A stretch of DNA of 63,289 nucleotides, the filler included, from Reticulomyxa filosa (lineage: Eukaryota; Protista; Foraminifera), in the NCBI GenBank assembly GCA_000512085.1. It is 24 parts of 24 records of this genome, joined end to end, with 100 filler letters (N's around TTAATTAATTAA, not from the genome) between each part and the next. Parts side by side here need not be neighbours in the genome. Positions count along the whole stretch, not along the records: positions 33,998 to 42,696 come from ASPP01027153.1; positions 42,797 to 45,308 come from ASPP01002805.1; positions 45,409 to 46,597 come from ASPP01029295.1; positions 46,698 to 48,180 come from ASPP01000697.1; positions 48,281 to 51,285 come from ASPP01019410.1; 19 more parts are not named here. One strand, 5' to 3'. Below, one piece after another: positions 37,572 through 50,555 of this stretch. The first letter of the stretch is position 1. Every line of letters begins with the position of its first letter. The position numbers and the translations under genes are program-made. Below the pieces are notes generated by a model, which worked only from the letters and a program-made list of their open reading frames with translations, searched no databases and had not been told where the DNA came from.

Positions 37572-38319
37572 GATCGTCTTAACTTTACAAAACCGGTACA
37601 AAAAAAACAAAGCACAAATAGCAAAATTCAATATTTGATGTTGGCTTTGTTTTCTTCCAAGAAACAAAAAGCTCTCTCGAGTTTAAAGTTACTCTTTCGT
37701 GTGGTTCACTTGTTTTACTGTCCGTGTTCTGTCATTTGAGTTTTTTACAAACTTTCTGAAGCTTTTTCTTTTCTTCTTGTCTACATTTTCATTTTTTGTT
37801 TTGGCACAAAATTGTATTCATCTGAAATGCGATTAATTTAAGGCCTCTATTTTCGTTCAACCAACAATGCAAAGCATTCAAAAAGGCACGTTTTTTCAAC
37901 TACAATCCAGTTTTGGTGAGTGTATCACTCATTTTTGAAAAACTTTCTATCGAAGTTTGCAGTACACTCTTCACACAACATTTATGATCTTTGATCACGG
38001 AAAGCGCCTTACCATTGACGTTATGCAAAAAAAAAAAAGAAATATAAAACAATCAACAAAGCCAAGTTTTGTTGAATAGGAGAAATTATATACGATTCTT
38101 TTTTTGATAATGTTTTGACCCACAAAAAAAGTCAACAATGTGACAATAGTTATAGTTTAAAAAATCTTGAAAAATAGTAAAAAAATAAACAAAGCCATGT
38201 GTGCAGATTGCCATATGATCAACAAAGACCTTGAATCAAACGTTAGTTTTATTTGGTCAAATGACCAAACACAAGAAAAGAAAACAAAATCCCAGAAAGC
38301 AAATTTACTAACAATTGTC

Positions 38320-39794
38320 TTACAACAGAGTGCAATGAGACCACCAGCTCTTCTGCTTTATGGGTTGAGTAGGTTCTTGAGGGATTTTGGGAATTATTAT
38401 ATCTCTGATCATCACACAAAAGATACACAAGAACATTGAATAAGCTGTTCCATGTATCTCGACAAAAACAAACAAACAAACAAAAAAACATAATATGCTT
38501 ACCTTACAAGTGCACCAAATAGGTTTCTTACGTTTTGTCCGGTCAAAGCAGACGTTTCAATATATCTGTTGAAAGACAGAGTAAAAAAAATCAGATTTGT
38601 GTTGTTTGTTTGTTTGTTTTGGACGGATTGCATTACAAACCTAATTGCGCCCCATTTGTGTGCGGTTTCAATTGCCTCTTCTCTGGTTACTTCTCGACGA
38701 TATTTTTCGGGATTTGTTTCCAAAACTTCGGGATTGTCTAAATCGGCTTTGTTTCCGACTAAAACGAACGGGGGTATTTTGTCATCGTACACTTCACACA
38801 ACGACTCATAAAATCCACGGAGTTCATCGAAAGACTTGTGTTGGATTATTGAAAACACTAAAACGAAGCCGTCCTTGTCTTTCATCCAAGATGTCCTCAA
38901 CGCAATGAAGTCCTATATACATATATATGTATATGTATATGTATTCAACAAACCCCCCCCCCCCCCTCCCAAAATCATATAGGAGAGAGATGACTATCAG
39001 CTTTGTGGTATTCGTGTCCAAAAAACAAAACAAAAAAAAAGACAAAGTCTTAGCCGTGTGGCCATTGCGTGTGTTTTTGCTTTTTCCCAGTTTTCGCTTT
39101 CTCAACTTCTTGTCCTGCCGTATCTAAGATGTCAAGTAGGAGGGGTGAGCCATCGACGTCAACGGGTTTTCTGTACGCGTCTGTGTGCAGATACAACAGG
39201 CAGAAGGCGTGTTCCACTCACACTCAGTCGAGTGTCTTGTGTTATATGTTGAGAGGACATAAAAGAGAGAGAGAGATAAGTCTTCCAAGGTCGCTTCGTC
39301 GCTTCACTCTTTTACCTTCGATTGTTGGGTCGTAATCAGAAACAAATTTATTTTGAATAAACTGAAGTGTAAGTGCTATGCCAATTTATTGTGTCCAAAA
39401 AAAAACAACAAGTCATAATAAAGGTTGTACTTTTTTTTTTTATCCTTCCTACCTTTTTTTTTGTTTGTTTGTTTGTTTGTTTTTGGTTCAATTTCTTACC
39501 AGATTTCCCCACTGCACCTGAGCCCAATACACACAAATGGATCACGTCGTGGGACGTTTGCGCTATGCGACCATCTGAAAAATAGACCCAGTCTCCAGAA
39601 TCCAAAGAGCTCGCATTTGTCAACTCGTCTCCTTTCTCTTCCCAAACCTTGATAATTTTTTTCAAACCCAGTTTTTCACTTGCTATCTTTATCAACTTTT
39701 CCGTTGTTAACTCGTTGACAACTACTTCCACTTGTGCTCGATTTTTTGAGTTGTGGGAATCACAGACTGTTATTGTTATAGAATTTGCGGTCAT
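38320..39794 (-). CDS. Ras-family GTPase with N-terminal KHA/ubiquitin-like domain and C-terminal CaaX (6 exons)
   Basis: GSGAVGKS|ALTLQFIQNKFVSDYDPTIE|DAYRKPVDVDGSPLLLDILDTAGQE|DFIALRTSWM...VGNKADL...|YIETSALTG...|DIIIPKIPQEPTQPIKQKSWWSHCTLL*. Confidence 0.9.
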
Positions 39795-39964
39795 GATTTG
39801 TCCAATGTATTTATTTTCTCACAAAAGGTTCTTTATTCAATTCAAAATTTACTTGGAGGTTGTCCCGTCTAAACACAGCCCTACTTTACAAAAAAAGAAA
39901 TTATCAATCATGTTTTAGGCAAGTGCTTTACTATCACTATTATTTCAAATTAATGTTCTTTTTT

Positions 39965-41330
39965 TACAATAGTTGCAAAAAAACCGTACAAAAAAAAATT
40001 AACTATACTGACATTAAAGTATTTAACGCAAAATAAACACAGAAGAAAGTAAAAAGCATTATGGGGAAGCAATGTGTGGGACGTCTGCTGATATAAGTGG
40101 TACACTAACTGTAATAGGAGAAGTGTTTACTAAGAAAAGAATATTGATTTCGTAAAACGAAAGAAATTGAAATAATAAAATAAGATAACAAAAGGAAAGT
40201 AAAGAAAAACAAGAAAGTAAGAAGTAAGTTGTTGAGGAAGTTTAACATACTGTGGATTCCTCCGTTCCCCTGACGTTCAGATATTTAAATAGGGACTTGC
40301 CCTACATGTGATTATGTTACAAATAGAATAGTTATGCAAATGTTTTTGTAGGAAAGTCTATGCGAAAAGTGTCAAAACAATATATAAATCCAATTTAGAA
40401 CATTTGTTGGATTACCAAATGCAGTAATTACAAAAAGTACAATTTTACAGCAAAGAGTAGCTCTTGAGCAGTTTAACAATAAAAAAAATTTTGTTAAAAA
40501 AAAGGCAACTGTAAAAACAACTAAAAAAATTGAATGTATAATCTTTCAAATAAATGCAAGATATAAGATATCAACAACATATGAAAGATCAGTAGAATGC
40601 AAAGTAAAGTTGACACATAAAACGGAACCTTATATAGATGATTGATTTTTTACATGAAAAAACAACATTCAGACATAATTTTTTTTTATTTTTAAAAAAT
40701 ATCTACGTGCAGTGTAGTTTTTAAATATCATTTTGGTTTTTTATTAAATCTTTCTTAATTATTTCAATATTTTATCCTTTATTTTCTTTTTTTTAGCTAA
40801 ATGTAGTTCAGTATTTGAGTTTTTTAATTATTTTTTGAAAATTACTAAAGTATTGAGAATTTTAACAAACGATTTGCTGTTTAGCTGTTGCGTTAGTGCT
40901 GAAGTTTGCTCAAAGTTGTAAAACAATTTTGTGTAAGTCATGAATGTGTGCGTAAACCGAAGCTGACGTTTATCATAAAAATATCAAATTGATAGTGGAA
41001 TCACAATAGTATGGTCTTGCTTTGGAGTATTAAGATCTATTTGTGCATATAACATTAATTGATGTGTCAATGCATATATTTACAAAGAAATTTAGTTGAT
41101 GAAATGCTCAAAAGCATTAATTTAGATTTAGAAGATAATGAAAATTTGATATTTCGGCAAGATAATTCCATCAGTCTCACAGAATTATATCAAAAAAATA
41201 GTTTAAACAAAATGATATCAAAGTATTGAATTTTACTCAATTCTCCAGATCTGAACCAAATCGAAAATATGTAGTGTATATTGAAAACGAAAGTATTCAA
41301 AAATGGACCATGTACTATATCAGTTGAAGT
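39965..41330 (+). mobile_element. Decayed Tc1/mariner DNA transposon (TIR-like motif plus DDE transposase relic)
   Basis: TIR-like tacaatagttgcaaaaaaaccgtaca at 39965. Relic motifs VWSCFG (about 41010), LIFRQDNS (about 41150) and NSPDLNQIENM*CILKTKV (about 41237-41300) correspond to FQQDNA and SPDLNPIENVW. Confidence 0.7.
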
Positions 41331-41394
41331 GCATGAAGAAGAATTACACTCAGAATTATTACACGTAAAGTATGATTAAACTATTATATCTAGA

Positions 41395-41627
41395 ATTAAC
41401 ATTATACTTGCACCAGAAACTGTGGAGCATTTATTTATGAAATGTCCACATTACAAAGACTTAAGTATGTTATTGTATTCAAATTACTGACATAATTCCA
41501 GAATTAGATATGAAAAATAAGTATAATAGCATTAGTAATTGGTAGCAAAAGATAGACACTTAAAAAAGAATTAAAATATTGAAACAATTGGCAAAATTTG
41601 TGGTAGCAACAAGAAGGAAGCTATGAT
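41395..41627 (+). mobile_element. Non-LTR retrotransposon (LINE) 3' end relic
   Basis: PETVEHLFMKCPHYKDL (the ETxxHLFxxC zinc-knuckle motif downstream of RT) and terminal IKILKQLAKFVVATRRKL*. Confidence 0.6.
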
Positions 41628-42339
41628 TAAAAAATATGTACAAGTCAAGCGAACAAAAACAATATATGCAAAATACAAAAAATTTACATTGGACAATGAT
41701 AACCAGTGATTGGGCCAACATTGACATCAATCTCAGGCAAAAACAGTGGAAGCAGGTAAAACTAGAGTCGACAACCAACTAAACCAGGTCGCATACAAAG
41801 TTCAAGTAAGGGACAGTGGCTACAAGGGAAAAATTTATTCTCTTTTTTAGAATTTTGTCAAAAGTTGGGTCGTGACAATTTGTGCGCTTTTCTTTCTTTT
41901 TTTGTTTTAGTGCCATGTCCTTTTTGGACCAGGTACGGTAAACTTGCTTTGGTTGCAGAGACGACAGTTTTTGTGGTGTACTTCATTTTTTGAAAACCAC
42001 CAATCACAACACTCTGCACAAGTGAAAAAAAATTTTTAAATGTTTATTTCGACACTTTATCAATGCATCGAGCCGTTAAATAAAGTAAATTTGAAAAACC
42101 ATATTTAAGAATTATTGTGCTGTGTTTAATTACTTTTTGAATGTTTAAGGAGACCATTCATTTATGACAACATCCAAAAACACAAATGATCTAGTAACTC
42201 CTAGACGTTGGATGACAGTAAAATCAAATGTACAATTGTTTGTGATACCAAGTTTTTTTGTGGCAAAAAGTGAGCGAAAAAAAAAGTTTAATTTGTCTGC
42301 TCTTTTTTTTCTGTCTTATTTACTGAGAGATTTGATAAT

Positions 42340-42651
42340 ATGGCGAATTTGGGCGAAGAGACAGCAATTTCTGAAATGGCTGTACTCACCGGTGATGGGG
42401 ACGTCGATGAGATAGAGCAGGAAACGAGATACTCGAGCAGCGATGTGATAGCAGCCGCACAAGATATCAAATTCAAGCAACAACAAACAGCAGAAAAAGT
42501 GGAAAGAGAGGTGAAAGCAGGCAAAATAACAGCCGGGGAAGCTCAACAAGAGCTTCGAAAAGCTTACACCACTATTGCACATACATTGGACAAAATGGAG
42601 CTGGCAAAAGAATATGAAACAGACCTGGAAAATGGCTTAACCTATAAACAG
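42340..42651 (+). CDS. P-type (type II, Na/K- or H/K-like) ATPase, first exon
   Basis: HTLDKMELAKEYETDLENGLT resembles the Cation_ATPase_N motif (H.L...EL...Y.TDL..GLT). The contig ends in the intron. Confidence 0.6.
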
Positions 42652-43344
42652 GTTGGTTAAAAAAAATCGATCAAAAAATAAATCGATCAAAAAAAANNNN
42701 NNNNNNNNNNNNNNNNNNNNNNNNNNNNNNNNNNNNNNNNTTAATTAATTAANNNNNNNNNNNNNNNNNNNNNNNNNNNNNNNNNNNNNNNNNNNNCACA
42801 CACATATACATACACATACGCAGGCAAAGCAGTTCATGCACTCGTGCGAATATAATCCCATTCAATCCGGATATGAAATCAACTGTCGAAAAAGACATGG
42901 AAGATTGCGACTTGGCAATCTTTGCACAATGTGTCGACATATATTTTTTTTTTTTTTTTACAAATGAAAAGAATTTAAGTTTTTTTTGCGCTTGATTGTA
43001 TCTGTTTATCACAAGTTACAACATTATCTTTTGTTTTTTTTGCTTGATCTAATTATTACTCGATTAAAGCGCTGGTCAAATCCAACGTATAACACAAAAA
43101 TTTTTCTAGCATCAATTTCAAGTGTACGTGCTTTTTACAGAAAGCCAATGAAAATATGTTCTTTCCGAATGAAAACAGTTCGAAGGCGGTTTAGTGTTGA
43201 TGATTCAACAAAAATTTAATATGATTAAAAAATCCACTCCAATGAAAAAATGTTTATCGTCCCTTGTCTATTGACAACTCAAAAAGACGATAAAAAAAGC
43301 AAAACACAGATGCCATCAACCTGTATATTAAAAAAAATAATTTT

Positions 43345-45280
43345 TTAGTCATGATGATTGGAATTAGTCATTACAATAGTGGCTCCAGATGAAACAGATC
43401 GATCATCTAATTGAGTTGTTGGTGCATCCACAGCTTTTGCAACCGAAGCAGATGCCAATGCAGCATTTACTTGAAGTCTTTGTCTACCAATTTCAATCCT
43501 TTCACGCATCATCTGCGCACGGGCATCTTCAATATCTTCGTACTCATGGATCAGAGCAGACCACAGCTCATCCAATTGTTGCATCTTTGCCCTTTAAAAA
43601 AAGAAAACTTTTTATGTTTGTTCATTGTCTCCAAAGTGGTATGAAAATAGTATATAATTTAATGTAAGCCTACTGAACTTGACTTTTTTGCTTTGTAGAA
43701 TTACCAGCTGTTGTAGCAGTTGTTGAATATTATTTTGTTGTTGGATCCTGGAAACTCTTGCAAAAGCAGTAGCTCCTCCCAAAATACCGGCAGCCAAGGC
43801 CTGACTGGCCTGAACATTGAAGGGTAGAGATTTCCACGGTTTCAAGACTCCAGCGTCGGCATCTTGTTTGGACTCAAAGACATTCAATACATCAGTGGCA
43901 TGGACGGTCATGACATTGGTAGGAAATTTTACCGTCAATGTGCCGAGATCCAAATGGACAGCTTCGACTACTCCTCGCCCATGTTTGGTCTGCACATTGT
44001 CACCCACGTCGATTCCCAAGCCTTGTTTGCACTCCTGGGCCAAATATTGGAACGCAGCTTTAGTCGCCACACCAACGATATCGCTTCCGACAGCACAACT
44101 CAAGGCCGCAGCCTGGCCCAATACAGGATGTAATTCGTCTGCAAAAGGGGAAGGAATGGACATGGGTGAATTGTATTGATCGAACAAAGGCAAATGCTTT
44201 TCGTGACTTCGCAAGAACATGTCATTGGAAGCACGCCAGGATGACACTTGCGGATGAGACAGCAGCGTCGTGCCACGCTTTCGGTCTTGTTCCAAGCTTT
44301 CTTCCATTTCCACAAATGGATCGTGAAATGCTTGTTGTAAAAACTGCACTATTGTTTCTTCTTTGTTTTTACCAACTTCTGTTGCAACTCTATATATATG
44401 CATATATATATATATGTACATATATATATATGTATATGTCAAACCAATCAAACAACTACTCTTTTTATTATAAACAAAATTGATGTACAAACTTGTCCCA
44501 ATCTGGCTTGTGGGTTCTCAAAGCGTCAAGCAGTTGATGTCTCAAGTTTGGATCCCATCCTGCGATGGACGCTTTTATTTGACTTTTGACTTTGTTTTCC
44601 GAGGAATTCGTTTCGTTTTCTTTTTCGTTTGTGTTTTCGATATTATCTTTTGTGATTTTGATTGGGTGCAGTTCTATCTCAAAGTCCTCTGCCGCAAACA
44701 CGCAAGGATATCTGGCATTTTGATAGCTATACAATTTAAGCATTAACATATACCATATATAAATATATATATATATATATAATGTGATTTTAAAAAAAAA
44801 AAAAAACATAAGGAAATTAAAAAGAATACCATTCTGCACACAGGATAATGGCCTTGTCAACATTGGACCGAAAGCGTGAATAGGTGCAATCTAAGGCGCA
44901 AAAGACGCATTGCGTTTCGACATTGGTGGAAATGGTGTCGTATTCAGCGGCAGCGGCGGCGAACATATTTTCGCGACACCTCATGGCCTCCCAGCTGTTA
45001 AACTTCTTTTTCTGATCGATGGAGCCCGCTGCCTCCTTTTCTTTGTCTTTGTCTTTGTCTTTATCTTTTGTAGCAATAAGTTCGGAGTCTGTCGCACGCA
45101 TCGATGTGTCCGTGGACACAGGTTGCAAGGCTTTCTTGACTCCAAAAGGCGTGTCCACGTGGGTGTAATCGACCAAGGGTGGTTCAAACTCGGGGATGGA
45201 TCCTGGATCCACATGGTAGTTGATCAAGCCCCACTCTTCCAAAAACTTGTGGATTCGAAACACTAGTCCTGCATCAGCCT
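43345..45280 (-). CDS. SWI3: SWI/SNF subunit SWI3/SMARCC (SWIRM, ZZ, SANT, leucine zipper), 5' truncated
   Basis: RIHKFLEEWGLINY (SWIRM), CVFCALDC...LCAECY (ZZ), W...LLDAL...DWDKVATEVGKNKEETIVQFL (SANT), PFADELHPVLGQAAAL, and a C-terminal zipper. Confidence 0.88.
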
Positions 45281-46196
45281 AAACAAAACGAAACAATAGA
45301 TTAAAGTANNNNNNNNNNNNNNNNNNNNNNNNNNNNNNNNNNNNNNNNNNNNTTAATTAATTAANNNNNNNNNNNNNNNNNNNNNNNNNNNNNNNNNNNN
45401 NNNNNNNNGATGGAGAAAGTTGTCTAAAATTATTCATTAAGAATTGTCAATAGTATTCAAGTTATTTGTAATAATTTAAATGTGATGTCCTCTATCATTG
45501 AATTTTTTTTTGGGATATATTCAATCAAATAAGAGTCCATTGTGTATGATCAAAGGAGATAAGAGAAAAGATAATGAAATAAACCTTTTAAATTTTTACA
45601 AATTAAATTCAAATCACGATCCAATTAACGGTCATATTCGAATTTGGAGAGAACATTAACTCGGCAAAGAATTAAACTTTTGGTTGGATCATTTTTTTAT
45701 TTGCCGATAATTGCAAAGAATGTACGTTATTATCTTGGAAAATAGATATTACAAATGTCATAATTATTGTAGTGTTTCCTTTGAGAATGGATCTTTGTTA
45801 TGTTGTACTTCATTCAATAGTAAAAACAATAACAAGTCAGGGTTAATCTTGGAAATGCTTTACTTGATTATAAATAACAAGGATCAAACTGTATAGTATT
45901 AATTAAATTTTATTTAAAACATGACAGTTGCTTAATTTTTGTTGAATAAAAGATTGCATACTCCTCAACAAAGACGATGTCAATCAGTTTTCTGAAGTTT
46001 AAAAATAAACCTTAAAAATTTTTCTTTTCTCAAACTTATTATCTTCAAGTATGTATTTGTTATAAAGCAGTCATTATCATGGTCAAAAAAGTATTTCTGT
46101 CATATTTTCAAACATAAAAGAAATATTACATTTTTGTGAAAAGGTCAAAAGTTAGTTCAATTTTTGAAATTGATAATAAAAAAGCAAATCACAATC

Positions 46197-46597
46197 ATGA
46201 TTACAACTCTTAGAATGATTGGCCCTAAACAAAGAGTATTGAACAAAAGACTAATCTGGAATCTTGTACCTAGTGTTCTCATTAGACGATTTCGTCAACC
46301 CAACACGTATCAAGTAATATTGGATGAACAGCACCAAAGGGCCCAATACATAAAAAAGCTAAAAGGACAACAAGGTGCATTATCAAAAACAACACCACCC
46401 CCTGAATCAAGAAATGAACGATCATTAATTCAAAAAATGGAATCTGATAAAGACATCATTCAATATCTCAAGGAGAGTTCACCTCAAGACATTATTATTT
46501 ATTCTGCAGCTATTAAAAAATGTTCAGAATTGAAATGTCCCAATTCAATCATTCAAATTATTCAAATTGCGCAAAGTAAAACATATTCACCCAAATA
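46197..46597 (+). CDS. Pentatricopeptide-repeat protein, N-terminus
   Basis: DIIIYSAAIKKCSEL is PPR-like. The basic N-terminus could be a mitochondrial presequence. Confidence 0.6.
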
Positions 46598-47763
46598 NNN
46601 NNNNNNNNNNNNNNNNNNNNNNNNNNNNNNNNNNNNNNNNNTTAATTAATTAANNNNNNNNNNNNNNNNNNNNNNNNNNNNNNNNNNNNNNNNNNNNTGC
46701 GCGTGAGGGAGACAACAGTTTACCAAAAATGCAAATGCCTTGCCGAAACATATAATTTTCAGCGATGAAGAAGAAGTTTTTGGCTTGTAAAACACTTACT
46801 AGATGTCTGATTGTTTTCGTTTAAGACATGTCATGTTTCAATGTTTGTCAGCAGACTTACAGTATATTATGATAACATAACATTTGAACGACTTCAATTA
46901 AATGATGTCATGTTTTTGCAACGTTTGTATAAACATCATTTGACCAGCAATAACAGAATTGTTGCGATTTAAGACAAAATTTCGTCAATGACTAGCAGAT
47001 ATACTGTTACTATTTATACAAGCAAAATTCACGACAAAGTTGAAATTAGACTACTATATTTAATGTAATGTTCATGTGATAAAGATATTGAGACTATGCG
47101 ATTATTGATTAATGGAAGCGTTGTTATATTTATTAAATGTGATATTCATTATATTTGTATAGACTAAAATCCAACAACATTTGAAAAAACTGAATATGCA
47201 CAATATCACTTCGAAGAAGAAACAAAAGATTTTGAGTTTTTTCGGAGACATTTATAGATTTACTTAATGTAAAGATTTCTGTTTTGTTTTCTCTTAAAGA
47301 ATTTATAAATTTCATAATTACGAAAAAAAAAAAGAAACATTTATTCGAAGCAAAGGAAACAATGTGATAGATGTCAAAGATTGTTAAATTTTTTTTGTAA
47401 GAAAAAGATATCTCTATTTATCTGTGTACACTCAACAACATATTGTCAATATTACCATGCTCACAACAAGTGAGACTTTCATGTTGTCCCAATATATGAA
47501 AAAGATAAGGACAAACGTTAACTGGTAAACATACATTTCAAACAACAAAATAAAATTCCATACACACCATATAACCATCAAGGAAAAAACGTTGATAATT
47601 ATGACAAACAAGAACGAAAAAGAAGCCAAAAACTGCACAACAGAGAATTTGCTACATATTATCCCAAAACAGAACAAACAAAAAAAAAAACCAAACGAAA
47701 CAAACAAAAACCAAAAAAAGAACAACGAGCAACAATAAAAATCTACATAATGTTTTTATTGAT

Positions 47764-48120
47764 TCAAATTACTGTTGGTTTTGGGTTGATCGATGTTGTT
47801 TTCTTTTTTTGACTTTTGCTTTCTCGTTTATTTTTTTTGTGGCTTTTACGGTCGCTAGGCTCTGTTTCTTTGAACTGAATTAAATAGTCAATTGTTTTGT
47901 CACTATTTCCTTGTTTGACATCGAACAAGCTTTCCATAACTTCTTTGTCAAACTGTTCAAACATACGATACAACGCCCTTAACGCGGCCTTCCGATTGTC
48001 ATTTTCTCTAGTCAATGTCGAGGTTCGTCTCAGCAAGCTAGCATTATCTCCGATATTGTGAATTGACTCTCTCGTCGCTCGTGGGGCAGGTGAACCCTCT
48101 TCTTGCTTGTGGTCTTTTCT
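47764..48120 (-). CDS. CUE-domain protein, last exon
   Basis: ALRALYRMFEQFDKEVMESLFDVKQGNSDKTIDYLIQ matches the CUE pattern (L..MFP..D...I...L....GN....I..LL). Confidence 0.7.
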   Translation of the reverse strand, partial: RKDHKQEEGSPAPRATRESIHNIGDNASLLRRTSTLTRENDNRKAALRALYRMFEQFDKEVMESLFDVKQGNSDKTIDYLIQFKETEPSDRKSHKKNKRESKSQKKKTTSINPKPTVI

Positions 48121-48280
48121 ATTCAAAAAAAAAAAAAAGAAAAGCAAACTTGGACTTATCTCTTAGAGAACAAGAGAGAGNNNNNNNNNNNNNNNNNNNN
48201 NNNNNNNNNNNNNNNNNNNNNNNNTTAATTAATTAANNNNNNNNNNNNNNNNNNNNNNNNNNNNNNNNNNNNNNNNNNNN

Positions 48281-48639
48281 TTTTTATCATTATTGTTGTC
48301 ATCACTCCAAACACTTACATATTTCATCACCAATGTATGTTTATTTTTTCCATACAAATCAGATCCAAAAGACAACAAAGTGATTTGATTGTTGTATTTG
48401 TCGTTATTACTGTTTCTATCTACCAGTTTCACTACACAGTGTCCAAATAATTTAACATGACTTGGATACTCACAGATAAACTTGTATTCATCTTTGAGTG
48501 TATGATAAGAATAACAAGCTCTTTTAAATTGATCTCCACAAATGAGGAGTTCGTGTTTGTGTAGCACACATTGAGAAAGAGAAAGTGGAATGGGCAACTC
48601 CTTCAAAGTTTGAAAGTGAGTTGTATTTCGATTACGCAT
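48281..48639 (-). CDS. Kelch-repeat protein, N-terminal part
   Basis: FQTLKELPIPLSLSQCVLHKHELLICG...CYSYHTLKDEYKFICEYP...GHCVVKLVD. Confidence 0.8.
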
Positions 48640-48879
48640 TTTGTTAATGTTGAATTTTTTTTAGTTTTAAACTTTTTTAAAAAGTGACGTGGTATAACCT
48701 TTTGAAAAAAACAAACAAGTTGTTTTACGTGGCAATATGTAATACATAAAAACAATAAATTCAATGTTGAATTGATGTTTTTTTGTTTTTTGTAAGGAAG
48801 ACATATTTATTTAGTGACTTAAATAAAAGGCAATAAAGTGGTCCGTGAAAACCGTAATGGTAATTCTTCAAGACCTTCA

Positions 48880-48965
48880 AACTATTCCAACTATTCCAGC
48901 TTTTTCGACCATACCAACTGTTCCGATCATTCCAGCCACAATCCCAACTCCTACTCCAACAACAC
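48880..48965 (-). repeat. Degenerate 9-bp tandem repeat (TGGAATAGT-like)
   Basis: ccaactatt/ccagctttt/tcgaccata/ccaactgtt/ccgatcatt/ccagccaca. A related array lies inverted at about 51105-51200. Confidence 0.6.
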
Positions 48966-49417
48966 GAATAACCACTTTTAAAGTTTTTTAAAAATAAAAT
49001 TTTGTCAAGTTGGATATTCATAATTTATTATTTTTTTGTGGATTAGAATCTACAATCTGGAGATAATTTTGCTTTTAATGCATCATCTATGTCTATTTCT
49101 TTCACTTTTTTACCCAATTTCATATCCCATAAACTAACTATTCTGATACAAAATGAAACTTTTCCTTTGTCTCAAAAGGCAAAGTAAATCCAAGTATTTT
49201 ACTTGTATAAAATTAAATGAATATCCAATTCCACTTTTAATCTACAAAAAACACAACTGCAACATTTCTCACATATTTTTCTTATATATTCTGTTGTTTG
49301 AAAGACGTAAGATTAGCTCAATATTAATCAACTCAAAAATAATAAAATTAAATATCCAAACTTAAAAAACTTTAGTTTTAAAAAATTGTAAAACGATTAA
49401 GTGAAAAAAGTTAAATC

Positions 49418-50330
49418 ATGGGCAATCAAACAGGAAAAAAAGAAACTCCTGCTGAGACTTCAAGAAAGGAAGTAAAAGAAAATGACAAAACAAAAACACA
49501 AGACGAACACGAAAAAACAGACAAAAAGGTCAATGTACATGAAACTATAAGAGCAAAGAATGAAATTGCAAATGAAATTAAAAAAAACACAAACTTAAAA
49601 GCATGGTTGCAACATTGCACTTTAAATCAAAATTATTCCATAACAATGCAATGTATCAATATCTAAAAAAATCCAAGAATGTTGAATGTCATTGGATTCC
49701 AATCACAAGATATTCAAAATTATGTTCTGTTTATTTCAAAAATTATAATGAATCGGATGTGCTGATGAAGAAATTGAATAATAATCGAATTTTGAAATTA
49801 TTTTGTTATTTGTCAAGACAAGATAAATCATCTTCATCGAATAATGATAGATGGGACGAAATGACTCTTTCAAAATTGTATGAGATATTGTTGAAAAGTT
49901 ATATGAAATGGGATTGATGACAAGATATTTAATATGTTTGAAATAGAAATTGATTATTTATCTCAATTATTAAAATGTGGAAAGCAATCATTTCTTGTTA
50001 AATCCAACAAAGAATATTAAATATAATAAAATATAAATATCCACGTAAAGATATATCAGTGATATCTATTTGATCAATTGTTTGTATGGATCAAATGAAT
50101 CAAAACGACATGAACAAGTATGTTCAATTTTGATTAATCAACAATTCACTCCAAGATATTCAGTGATGATTCCATTCATGTGTGGAATATTGTATAGCAA
50201 TATCATTTCCAATAAAGATCCATCAGGATCAGGCTTATTGTATTTTTAGAAATTATTGCATTCATCACCACCTTAAATTGTTCCCGTTTAACATGTGGTG
50301 TTGTTTATACATTGTTTGGAAATCAATTGT
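49418..50330 (+). pseudogene. Collapsed NACHT (NLR-like) protein pseudogene
   Basis: MGNQ start, then post-NACHT helical segments in broken frames: LFCYLSRQ...MTLSKLYEILLKSYMKWD, FNMFEIEIDYLS, HEQVCSILINHKFTPRYSVMIPFMCGILYSNIISNKDPSGSGLLYF. There are many stops and deletions, and no P-loop is visible. The family assignment rests on recall. Confidence 0.55.
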
Positions 50331-50439
50331 TTATATAAGGTACCAATTGCATGTGGAAAATAACTTCTATTTTTAAATAAAAGAAATATGGGATGTAAAT
50401 CTTTCTCAATTCAATGTATCATTTCTTTCTGATGGTAAG

Positions 50440-50555
50440 CAAGTTGCATTTGGAATGACAAACTCTTTGTTCAAAACTTCTACAAATGAGGAGTTCGTGT
50501 TTATATATTGATAATTATGAAGTAGGTGGGTAACTTCTTCAAATTTTGAAATGCT
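50440..50555 (-). pseudogene. Kelch gene 5' remnant
   Basis: FQNLKKLPT...KHELLIC.SFEQRVCHS. The nucleotides acaaatgaggagttcgtgttt are shared with the Kelch gene at 48538. Confidence 0.65.

Noticed and set aside
48761-49021. Trp-rich ORF (WSRSWDCGWNDRNSWYGRKSWNSWNS)
   Set aside because: It arises from the 9-bp tandem repeat, and the inverted copy near 51100 has stops in the equivalent frame.
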